Shown here piece after piece: positions 8,725 through 16,072 of a DNA stretch of 64,000 bases. The stretch is taken from NCBI GenBank assembly GCA_903932535.1, contig CAIZGR010000666.1, positions 798 to 64,797 of the forward strand. Reading direction: 5' to 3'. The position numbers and the translations under genes are program-made. Under the pieces are notes generated by a model, which was not told the origin of the DNA, did no database searches, and worked only from the letters and a program-made list of their open reading frames with translations. Every line of letters begins with the position of its first letter. Within the stretch, counting starts at the first letter, position 1. The DNA is from an uncultured Hyphomicrobiales bacterium (GTDB lineage Bacteria; Pseudomonadota; Alphaproteobacteria; Rhizobiales; Beijerinckiaceae).

Positions 8725-9080
8725 CTTCGCGGCTCCACAAATCTGACCGGGTGGTTCCGGTAGTATTCGGCGAGCGCCAGCGCGACCACGGTGGCGGCTG
8801 TGGCGCCGGCGCGCGCGCAGTACCCGGTCAGCTCGATCTCTGTCGCCGCGTCGATCAGCGGCATCGGATCGAGCAGCTCGATGCCGCGCGCGCGGTTGAA
8901 GAGGCGCCTGATGTAACCGCGTTCCTCAAGGGCCGCCATTAACTCGTGAATGTTGCCCTTACTTTTGAAGCCCGCGCCAACCTTTATCTGGTCGAAGGTC
9001 GGCATGGTGCCGCGCTCTTCGAAGAACGTGCGGATATAGGTCAGTAGTTTGGTTTGTCTTTGCGTCAGACCGAAGCTCAT
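8721..9080 (-). CDS. LexA DNA-binding-domain-like winged-helix protein (no peptidase domain)
   Basis: LTQRQTKLLTYIRTFFEERGTMPTFDQIK...GNIHELMAALEERGYIRR matches the LexA N-terminal domain pattern. Confidence 0.7.
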   Translation of the reverse strand: MSFGLTQRQTKLLTYIRTFFEERGTMPTFDQIKVGAGFKSKGNIHELMAALEERGYIRRLFNRARGIELLDPMPLIDAATEIELTGYCARAGATAATVVALALAEYYRNHPVRFVEPRR

Positions 9081-9262
9081 GACGCAAGCGCCTTTTCAGC
9101 CGGCTCTATCGCAGCGAGCAGCATATCTATGGCGGCGTCCCACCGGGCGAACGCGTCGTCGATTTTGCCATCGTCGGCCTCGTCCATCAGTTCGTCGTGG
9201 AGACCCTGGACGACTTTGGCGGCGTCGAGCAGAGTTTTGAAAGGTCCGCGCAGGTCGGTCAT
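9077..9262 (-). CDS. Hypothetical protein (61 aa)
   Basis: Internal ATG (MTDLRGPFK) of ORF 9077..9367. ATGA overlaps at both ends. Confidence 0.5.
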   Translation of the reverse strand: MTDLRGPFKTLLDAAKVVQGLHDELMDEADDGKIDDAFARWDAAIDMLLAAIEPAEKALAS

Positions 9263-9912
9263 GGCGCCTTTCCCAACGTGTCGATGTTTTGCTTGTTGAC
9301 GGTGAACGTGAACGCGACGACTTCGGGATTGTCGTCCCACGATGCATCGCCGTGTAGAAGCTTCCACAGATTGCGAAACTGCATCCGCCGAGAGACAGTG
9401 GTCGCTTGTTCGGTAAATGGCGGGTCCCCGTCGCCTATATACGGCATCGGCATTCCCTCGGCTTGTGCATCGGATTCGCTGATGTCCTGCAACCGCTCGA
9501 TCTTCGTCGCGGTGACGACAAGCGTCAGACGCGACGCCCAGCGCGGCATGTGGATTGACGGAATACGCGCGCTGTCGGTCGCCTCGGTTGGCGCATACCT
9601 TTCGAGGATAGCGCGGCCACGCGGATCAATATCGTCGAGGAATTGGCCGGAGGCTGGTACCCCGGAGGCGTCGTGCCAAACGCCCCAGTTACCCATAACC
9701 GCTAGATTCTCCCTCACCCATAGCCGGTCGCCTGGCTTTACGCGCTGCCAAGGTGTCCGCGCCCACGACTTTCCTTCTTTGTCGAGCATGGCGGCACTGC
9801 GCATTCCAAAGTCAGCAACCTCGCGCCACGCCATCCGTCGTGTCATGGTCTTGCAGCCGCCCAGCAGCGCGCGGATCATCGGTGCTGAGAAAATTATCGG
9901 CTGGTCTTTCAT
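9259..9912 (-). CDS. ASCH-like phage protein
   Basis: MKDQPIIFSAPMIRALLGGCKTMTRR is the characteristic N-terminus of phage ASCH-type proteins. Start is at ATG 9912 (ATGA overlap). Confidence 0.65.
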   Translation of the reverse strand: MKDQPIIFSAPMIRALLGGCKTMTRRMAWREVADFGMRSAAMLDKEGKSWARTPWQRVKPGDRLWVRENLAVMGNWGVWHDASGVPASGQFLDDIDPRGRAILERYAPTEATDSARIPSIHMPRWASRLTLVVTATKIERLQDISESDAQAEGMPMPYIGDGDPPFTEQATTVSRRMQFRNLWKLLHGDASWDDNPEVVAFTFTVNKQNIDTLGKAP

Positions 9913-10235
9913 CGTGGCTGTTCCTGCGGTTGTGAAGCGCGCAACCCTTCGACGGCCGCCAGCACCTGGTCGAGCGTCATGTGGAACGGCGCGTCCCGAA
10001 TCTGTGCCGCGATATGCTCGGCCTTGAATCGCTGGTAGTAGAAGAGCGCGGTCTCGTCGTCGTACACGTCGGCTATGATGGCGAGCGCGAGTTGCGCCGG
10101 ACCAGAGCCGCCGTATCCCCACCCGAACCCGTCCGGGGAATGGTTCACCAGGTCAAGGCGCGGCGGCAGCACCCGGCGCTTGCCGTCCTCAAGAACGAAC
10201 ACGTTGCCGAAGGTCCTGGCGTGATAGGTTTTCAC
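9909..10235 (-). CDS. Hypothetical phage protein (DUF6166-like pattern)
   Basis: HSPDGFGWGYGGSGPAQLALAI motif. In ORF track. Confidence 0.6.
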   Translation of the reverse strand: MKTYHARTFGNVFVLEDGKRRVLPPRLDLVNHSPDGFGWGYGGSGPAQLALAIIADVYDDETALFYYQRFKAEHIAAQIRDAPFHMTLDQVLAAVEGLRASQPQEQPR

Positions 10236-10239
10236 CGGA

Positions 10240-11310
10240 TCACGCCTCCGCGCGCAGCTCGGTCCGCCGGTCGGCTAGCTGCTTCATCAGCGGCTCACGG
10301 TCGGTGGCGGTCAGGCCGCAATCGTTGCGCAGCCCCCGCTCCGTGTCCCACCGCACGTTCATCGCCTGTTCGTCGACCGAGCCCTTGATCCAGGCGACGG
10401 CGAATGCCGCATACTGCGCGGGGTTCTTCGGCAGCGCCGCCTCGATCTTGTTTTCCTCGGCGGCCTTGTCGTCGGCGGCTGCGGCCTTCGTCTTCTTCCC
10501 GCCCTTCGGCTTCTTGCCGTCCGGCTTCTCTGCGTCGGGCTCAGCCACCTTTTCGTCGGGCACGACCGTGATGGTCTTCGCGCCGCCGGCGACCTCGGCG
10601 AGCTCGCTCGCGGCGTGGCCCTCGGCGTGGCCCTCGGCCGACCGCTCGCTGCCGGCGAGGCGCGCGTGAAGGCCCGGGCCGTCGGCGAACGGCTCATCCT
10701 CGCGGCCGAGCGAGGAGTTCTCCAGAATCTCCTCCCGGCTGTAGATGCCCATCAGCACGTCGGGGCACCACTTCCGCGCCCACGCGCGGCTCGAATAATA
10801 CCAGAGCTGCTGATCCGGGTCGGCCGTCCAGAGCGGCGAGTTCTTGTTGGTGATCGCGCCGAATTTCGGCGAGGTGTACGTTCGGACGTCGCCGTTGGTG
10901 AAGCACCCGGTAACGGTGCACGACCGATCGGCGCTGACGCCCTCGTAAAGGCATTCGAGCCGGTTCTGGAGCGGGGCGCGCGCCTCGATCACGGCATGGA
11001 TGAGCTGGCTCTCGTAGGCGATCCGGTCACGGACCTCGTAGGACTTGTTGGCGACGGCGAACGGCGACATCCGCCACTCCACCGCCTGGAACGTGACCGC
11101 CAGGCAGGCGCCCGGGTTCTTGCGCAGGTGCACCGGGACGGCCTTGTCGGCAAGCGCCATCAGCTTGGCGAACTCCATGACCTCCATCGCGTTTGCGAAC
11201 GACACGCCGCCGGCGACGGCCGAGACGGTCACGGCTCCCGCGGTCTGCTTGTCGAGCGAGTCCAGGCTCATCTCGCGCCTGGTGTTCGGCACGGTTGTGA
11301 CGCCATTCAT
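10240..11310 (-). CDS. recT: RecT/Red-beta family single-strand annealing protein
   Basis: FAKLMA..VPVHLRKNPGACLAV..QAVEWRMSPFAVA and NSPLWTADPDQQLWYYSSRAWARKWCPDVLMGIY fit RecT-family patterns. It is paired with the downstream exonuclease. ATG 11310 is preceded by GGAGAAGAACCG. Confidence 0.75.
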   Translation of the reverse strand: MNGVTTVPNTRREMSLDSLDKQTAGAVTVSAVAGGVSFANAMEVMEFAKLMALADKAVPVHLRKNPGACLAVTFQAVEWRMSPFAVANKSYEVRDRIAYESQLIHAVIEARAPLQNRLECLYEGVSADRSCTVTGCFTNGDVRTYTSPKFGAITNKNSPLWTADPDQQLWYYSSRAWARKWCPDVLMGIYSREEILENSSLGREDEPFADGPGLHARLAGSERSAEGHAEGHAASELAEVAGGAKTITVVPDEKVAEPDAEKPDGKKPKGGKKTKAAAADDKAAEENKIEAALPKNPAQYAAFAVAWIKGSVDEQAMNVRWDTERGLRNDCGLTATDREPLMKQLADRRTELRAEA

Positions 11311-11810
11311 CGGTTCTTCTCCCTGTTGATCTGGTGGTATTTTTCGCAATAGCGAAGGTGGCCCTGCTCGGCCGGTAGACTCGCGCCGTAACGCTCGCCG
11401 TCGATCGAATCGTAGCTGACGATGTTGGTGTTGCCGTGTTCGTCCTCGTCGTCGCAGGCGAAGACCATCGTCTCGAACAGCGACGTGGGGCCTAAGCCGA
11501 GCGGCTCGGGGGTCTCGCCGTCGCCGCTTTTCGGCCGGTAGTCACCGAGGGTGGACACGAGGTGGCCGCCGATTCGGGTGCTCATGTGGAAGGCGCACCG
11601 GCTTCCGCCGACGAAGTGGCCGGCGTAGCCGTGCCATTTCCAGGCGGCGCGGGCGCGCAGGTCGGTGATTTCCTGATGGCAGGACGTGATCAGGTCGGCG
11701 CGAACCGCGACGAGCGCCGAGGGCGGCAGCAGCCGGGCCCACGCGGCTATGACGTTCTCGATCCGGTCTAGGACGTCGGTCGTGTCGACGTGGTCGGCGG
11801 TGTCGGTCAT
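11307..11810 (-). CDS. Hypothetical protein (167 aa)
   Basis: Internal ATG (MTDTADHV) of ORF 11307..11930. ATGA overlaps at both ends. Confidence 0.6.
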   Translation of the reverse strand: MTDTADHVDTTDVLDRIENVIAAWARLLPPSALVAVRADLITSCHQEITDLRARAAWKWHGYAGHFVGGSRCAFHMSTRIGGHLVSTLGDYRPKSGDGETPEPLGLGPTSLFETMVFACDDEDEHGNTNIVSYDSIDGERYGASLPAEQGHLRYCEKYHQINREKNR

Positions 11811-12763
11811 GTCGGCACCCCGTACTTGATCCGGTCGTCGACGGCCTTGTCGGCCCACTCCGCGAGCTCGATGTGCTGCGCGTCCTCCCGGTCGCCGCCC
11901 GGACCAGGCCACCGGCCGCTTTTCAGGCACGTCGCCATCGCGTCGAGCGCCATCCGGTTCGCGCGCTCCCCGCGGTCGAGCGAGTTGTCCTTGAGCGTCA
12001 CCACGCGGACGCAGAACGGCGGGGTCTTCTCCGCGAAGATCAGCGTCGCCGTCGAAAATGGCAGGCCGATTTCGCGCGCGCCCTGCCGCATCAACGCGAG
12101 CTGCTGGTAGTAGCCGCGCTCATAGATCGCCTTCTGGAGGTCCCGCCACAGCACCGACGTCGTCGTCTTGATGTCGACGTAGTCGCCCGAGTCGAGCGGG
12201 ATGGAGTCGGGCCGCCACTTGACCCAGAGGCCCGTGTCCTTGTCCTTGAAGAACCCGGACCGCTCGATCATCCCGTTCAGCGCGCCGGCGCGGACGATGG
12301 GGTTGCGGCCGAGCTCCTCGGCTATCCCCCGCAACACCGCCAGGTCGGCGATCGTGAGCACGGCCTTGCCCTCGTGCCGGCGCGCGGCGTGCCATTTGCG
12401 GCAGTCGGCCGCGTTGTTGTTCCAGGCCTTGATCTCGCCGCCGTCGGCCTCGTATTCGAGCGGCTGGACGGCGAACAGCCTGGAGAAGAACTTCTCGCCC
12501 AGCATCAGGTGGTGGACGGCCCGGCCGATGGTGAAGTGGGCCTTCTCCTTCTCGGGCAGGACCCGTTTCGGGTTGCCGGACCACTCGACGTAGAAGTGCG
12601 CCGGGCTCTCGCTGAAAATCTTGCGCAGGCCCGACGACGACACGCTCGGCCCGTCGCAGATGTTCGCCGAGTGGTAGAGGTCGAGGCTGATACCCTCGTA
12701 GAGCCCGGGGTTGGTGATGGTTTTACCGTCCCATTTGACGGATTTTATGACGGGAATCTTCAT
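11807..12763 (-). CDS. PD-(D/E)XK exonuclease (RecE/YqaJ-type partner of RecT)
   Basis: DSGDYVDIKTT is a D..(D/E)xK signature. Size and position upstream of recT fit. Start is at ATG 12763 (MKIPVIK), with an ATGA overlap. Confidence 0.75.
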   Translation of the reverse strand: MKIPVIKSVKWDGKTITNPGLYEGISLDLYHSANICDGPSVSSSGLRKIFSESPAHFYVEWSGNPKRVLPEKEKAHFTIGRAVHHLMLGEKFFSRLFAVQPLEYEADGGEIKAWNNNAADCRKWHAARRHEGKAVLTIADLAVLRGIAEELGRNPIVRAGALNGMIERSGFFKDKDTGLWVKWRPDSIPLDSGDYVDIKTTTSVLWRDLQKAIYERGYYQQLALMRQGAREIGLPFSTATLIFAEKTPPFCVRVVTLKDNSLDRGERANRMALDAMATCLKSGRWPGPGGDREDAQHIELAEWADKAVDDRIKYGVPT

Positions 12764-13044
12764 GCGGTCGCTTCCTCGGTCGTTGCCGGGGTCGTTGCCC
12801 CCGAGCGCCATTTGACTTTGAGCCGTTGGGCAGCTGCCTTCGCTTCAGGCGCGGCCCCGCGCGTTGCGGTCGCCAGCAGCGCGGCGAGCGCAGGCACCAG
12901 CGCCGGCTGGATCGTCGGCCGGGTCGCCTGCCCGGCCCGGTCCAGGAACGCGCCGCTCAGCAGCACGCCGCAGCGTGCGCACCGGCGCTGTCCGCGCGGG
13001 TTCTTGCGGACGCGGGGCTTCCCGCATTTCGGGCAGGCGCCCAT
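12760..13044 (-). CDS. Small zinc-ribbon protein (94 aa)
   Basis: MGACPKCGKP..CARCG gives two CxxC pairs. Strong GC3 bias in this frame. The start overlaps the upstream stop by 1 nt (TGATG). Confidence 0.5.
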   Translation of the reverse strand: MGACPKCGKPRVRKNPRGQRRCARCGVLLSGAFLDRAGQATRPTIQPALVPALAALLATATRGAAPEAKAAAQRLKVKWRSGATTPATTEEATA

Positions 13045-13427
13045 CAGAACGGCACCGATTCGCGCTCGCTGACCTTCGGCTGCGCGGCCTCGCCAAGAAT
13101 GAACTCGACGTCGACCACGTCGCCGTCTTTCAGTTCGGGCCAATGTTCGGTGATATAGCGGTGCGCCGTCTTGAACGTCCGGTCGTCCCACGCATAGGGA
13201 TCGGTCGTCGCTTGGCGCGCGTCGCCGTCGAGGCGCGTCAGCAAGATCATCGGAGTGCCATCGACCGGGTAGCCGCATCGACGGAGCAAGTATCGCTGCG
13301 CTTCTCGATGTTCGGATCGAGCGGAATTGTCGGATGACGCGGTAGTGCGATCAAGCGGAACCATGCTGACCGCCAGCGCGGCGACGAACGTCATCCGGTC
13401 GCGAATCTCTAACGCCTTGGCCTGCAT
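13044..13427 (-). CDS. Hypothetical protein (127 aa), first gene of the long leftward operon
   Basis: ORF track. ATG preceded by GGAGACGAACCG. Confidence 0.65.
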   Translation of the reverse strand: MQAKALEIRDRMTFVAALAVSMVPLDRTTASSDNSARSEHREAQRYLLRRCGYPVDGTPMILLTRLDGDARQATTDPYAWDDRTFKTAHRYITEHWPELKDGDVVDVEFILGEAAQPKVSERESVPF

Positions 13428-14165
13428 CGGTTCGTCTCCTGGCTGAATCCGGGTGCCGAGCTACACCCTTGCGTCCCACGCTCGGCACCCTTCATCGGTT
13501 ATGCGATCCCGCGAAGCGGGAGAGCAGGGCCGCATGGCCCGAGGCTCCTACCATTGACCGCCGCTCCTGTGGGACGAGGGCACCAGGGGACGGCGGTCAA
13601 TCTCGAATCGTCTCGCGGCGAGCGGGCCGGGCGCTGCTCCGGCTGACGGCAGTGTTTCTCGCCCCGAAGGGCTTAGGCAATTACCGCTCCCATTGGGCGT
13701 GGGCTTGCGCGTTTCCCAGCCTCCGCTCCCCGCGAGACGAACGGCGTCCCCGGCCGGTTTCCCGGCCGGGTCCACCTTCACCACTTGGTCATCCGAACCG
13801 CCGCAGGTGACGCGGGCACCGGGTAGGTGCTGGCAGCCTCGGCAAGCCGCGGGAGCGCGAACGCTTTCCGGAGTTCGCCTCCCAGAACCCGCTGCCGGAA
13901 TGCCGAACCGGCGACGGGGAACCCATATTGTTTCCGTCCTCATGGGCAAGCTGACGATTCCCTCGCGGGAATTTGAATTAGGCCGCTTCGGAGGAAGGGG
14001 CGCTTTGACCTCTCGATCAAGATTAAGCATCTGGTCCCCTCCCTCCTAGGCGGCGCTCCGCGGATCCGGCCGTCCTTGACGTCGTCCAGCTCGCGCATGC
14101 GAGCTGGAGGCGGCTTGTTTCCCCTGATGCTCAGGTCGTAGGGGCATATACACCGCCGGATGCTG
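13428..14165 (-). ncRNA. Candidate large structured non-coding RNA (family unknown)
   Basis: 738 bp with no ORF showing the local GC3 bias. Contains perfect 9-11 bp helices. On the minus strand the loops read GAAA, GCGA and UUCG (twice). Both flanking operons are transcribed in the same direction. Strand and boundaries are tentative. Confidence 0.35.
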
Positions 14166-14636
14166 TTAGCTGGACTTACCCTCGATCTGGGCGTTGCTCA
14201 TGTTGGCGATTGCCAGGGTCTTGATCTGGTCCTCGGGCACGTCGGCGAAGACCGTGGCCTTGAGCTCCGCCCGCATCTTCTTTTTCTCGGCAGACCGGAT
14301 CACGTTCAACATCTCGCCTTCCTTGGCGACCAGCGCCTCGTAGGCGCGGCGGTCGATCTTGCCAATCACCCAATCGACGGGGGTCTGGTCGGCGAGGTCG
14401 CACTCGACGTCGACGCCCACCACCTTGACCGTGGTCATGTTGTGCCGGGTGTTCGACGGAACGACCAGGTAGTCGCCGAGGGCGATTGTGTGGTCCAGGG
14501 TCTTGAAGAACGTGCGCTTGACGGTGCCCGGCTTGTCGGCCGGCTCGAAGTCGTAGATCGCCAAAAGGCCGAGGACGTTTTCGTTGGCGACGAAAATCTT
14601 CCGGCTGTTGTGGACGTTGAGGGTGGTGCTGCTCAC
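14166..14636 (-). CDS. Hypothetical protein (156 aa)
   Basis: Protein-like part of ORF 14166..14813. GTG 14636 is preceded by GAAGGAAA. Confidence 0.6.
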   Translation of the reverse strand: MSSTTLNVHNSRKIFVANENVLGLLAIYDFEPADKPGTVKRTFFKTLDHTIALGDYLVVPSNTRHNMTTVKVVGVDVECDLADQTPVDWVIGKIDRRAYEALVAKEGEMLNVIRSAEKKKMRAELKATVFADVPEDQIKTLAIANMSNAQIEGKSS

Positions 14637-14656
14637 GGTCGGGTTTCCTTCTTCGG

Positions 14657-15061
14657 TTAGGCACCCTGCTGGGCGCGGTTGAGTGTCGAGTGTTCGCGGT
14701 TGGGGTCCGGCCGTGACACGCCGGCCTCCCCGAGTTCTTTTTCGATCCGGTCGGCGATGGCGTCGCGGAAGCGACCGGCCTCTAGTCGTTCGCTGATCGC
14801 GTCGTGCAGCCACCCGTAGCTTGCGCGGTCGATCTCGACGGGCTTCTGCTCGTAGCTGTAGATGGTGTTGCCGGAGATCGCGTCGTCGTTCATCTCACGC
14901 GCGGTGCGCCGGCGGTAACCGTCAAGCGAGATCGACCGGACGGTCCACTCGCCGTCGTCGTCGTAGCTGATGGTGGCTTCGCCGTTCACCAGCCCGGCCT
15001 CGAACCCGAGGTCGACGACCAGCGGCAGCTCCTCGAAGGCGAAGGCGAACTGGTTGCTCAT
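14657..15061 (-). CDS. Hypothetical protein (134 aa)
   Basis: Internal ATG (MSNQFAFAFEEL) of ORF 14657..15160. ATGA overlap with the upstream stop. Confidence 0.6.
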   Translation of the reverse strand: MSNQFAFAFEELPLVVDLGFEAGLVNGEATISYDDDGEWTVRSISLDGYRRRTAREMNDDAISGNTIYSYEQKPVEIDRASYGWLHDAISERLEAGRFRDAIADRIEKELGEAGVSRPDPNREHSTLNRAQQGA

Positions 15062-15249
15062 GATCGCTCTCCGGGTTGCGGGCGGGTCTCGAAAATAACG
15101 CCGGCCATGGCGGCGCGCAGCGCGTCGAATTCTTCGGTCCTGACAACGAAGGCGCCGCACTTTGCGAACGTGGTTTCCGGCCGGGCGGCGGCGAAAAGCG
15201 AACAGTGAACGTGGCTGCCCGCGGTGTGGTGCAGAACCTTGAACATCAT
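15058..15249 (-). CDS. Hypothetical protein (63 aa)
   Basis: ORF track. ATGA overlaps at both ends. Confidence 0.45.
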   Translation of the reverse strand: MMFKVLHHTAGSHVHCSLFAAARPETTFAKCGAFVVRTEEFDALRAAMAGVIFETRPQPGERS

Positions 15250-15635
15250 CGTGCAGCCCCCGGCGCCAGCGCCCGGTCGGCGAGTTCGCGGCCGGTCAGC
15301 AGGATGCCGCCGTCGCAGCGGGCCATGAAGTCTCGGTCGGTGTGGTTGGTCTGCATGTCATCAACGACCAAGGCCCCCGCCGCGTAGCAGCGCGATATGT
15401 CGGCGAAGGGACCGACGGAGACGCCGCCGCGCATGGTGCGCGAACCGCGCGGGCCGTAGAAAATCTCGAGGGAATAGCCGGACCGCTCTTGGCCGCTCGC
15501 GGCGGTGACGAGCGCGATGCTGCCGACGACCAAGGCGGACCCAAAGATGGCGGCGAACCAAGCGATGAGGGAAAGGCGTCGGAGGTCCCGGTTGATCGGG
15601 CGGTCGTCGGCCTGTGGATCGTTAGCAACGCTCAT
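15246..15635 (-). CDS. Membrane-anchored hypothetical protein (129 aa)
   Basis: One TM segment (LSLIAWFAAIFGSALVVGSIALV). First gene left of the divergent control region. Confidence 0.6.
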   Translation of the reverse strand: MSVANDPQADDRPINRDLRRLSLIAWFAAIFGSALVVGSIALVTAASGQERSGYSLEIFYGPRGSRTMRGGVSVGPFADISRCYAAGALVVDDMQTNHTDRDFMARCDGGILLTGRELADRALAPGAAR

Positions 15636-15799
15636 GGCGCGGGCATCCGTGACGCCGGGGTTCCGACGCGAATCGACTATAGGCTGTCACAAGGCGGCAC
15701 GTCTACCCCCTCACCGGGGAGTTTTCCCCGGTCTCGTAGCCTGTGGAAACCACCCCGATAGGCTTGTGCATTGGGCCTGGGCATGATGCTGTTGCGTTC
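15636..15799. promoter_or_regulatory. Divergent early control region
   Basis: Candidate leftward promoter TAGACG-N18-TATAGT (reverse complement of 15700-15705 and 15676-15681). Repeated half-sites ATAGGCTGTCACA (15679-15691) and ATAGGCTTGTGCA (15758-15770). Palindrome at 15714-15731. Confidence 0.4.
15714..15731 (+). promoter_or_regulatory. Palindrome CCGGGGA-GTTT-TCCCCGG (copy 1 of 3)
   Basis: Perfect 7-bp inverted repeat. Near-identical copies lie in the two other divergent intergenic regions (28961-28976 and 30298-30313). Confidence 0.45.
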
Positions 15800-16072
15800 A
15801 TGATTCGCGCCGCCCCCCTCATGAGAGCCGCCATGCTGCGCGCCGCCCGCGCCTACGCGAAGGCCGCCGGCGTGCCGCTGCGGACGGTGTCCAGGCGGGC
15901 CTACGGCGACTCCAGGTTCTTCGCCAGCCTGGCGCGCGGCAGCTCGTTCTCGGCCCCGAACTACGACAAGATCATGGGATGGTTAGCCGACCCGGCGCGC
16001 TGGCCGGACGGCGCCGTTTCCGGGGCCGTCGTCGATCCGTTCGCCGCCGTCGAGAAGGAGTCCGCGCCGTGA
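15800..16072 (+). CDS. Small putative DNA-binding protein (Cro-position, 90 aa)
   Basis: Internal ATG of ORF 15743..16072. GVPLRTVSRRAYGDSRFFASL looks HTH-like. Strong GC3 bias. Confidence 0.5.
   Translation: MIRAAPLMRAAMLRAARAYAKAAGVPLRTVSRRAYGDSRFFASLARGSSFSAPNYDKIMGWLADPARWPDGAVSGAVVDPFAAVEKESAP

Noticed and set aside
13780-13812. GGTTCGGAT (minus strand) resembling a tRNA T-loop; possible tRNA or tmRNA in the non-coding tract
   Set aside because: The flanking bases do not form a T-arm or an acceptor stem, and I found no cloverleaf or tag-peptide frame. Not a tRNA or tmRNA by eye.
13672-13930. CCUAAG and UAUGG (minus strand), the two strands of the 11-nt GAAA-tetraloop receptor
   Set aside because: The flanking nucleotides do not pair to form the receptor helix, and both short words are expected by chance in 738 nt. 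I do not count this as evidence for the RNA.
13548-14030. 160-aa minus-strand ORF inside the ORF-free tract. The plus-strand ORFs 13469..13810 and 13693..14049 were considered with it.
   Set aside because: For 13548..14030-, third-position G+C is only about half by my count, against clearly over 80% in neighbouring genes. All three ORFs have R/G/P/S-rich composition. I found no RBS block or start/stop coupling. The tract is better explained as non-coding.
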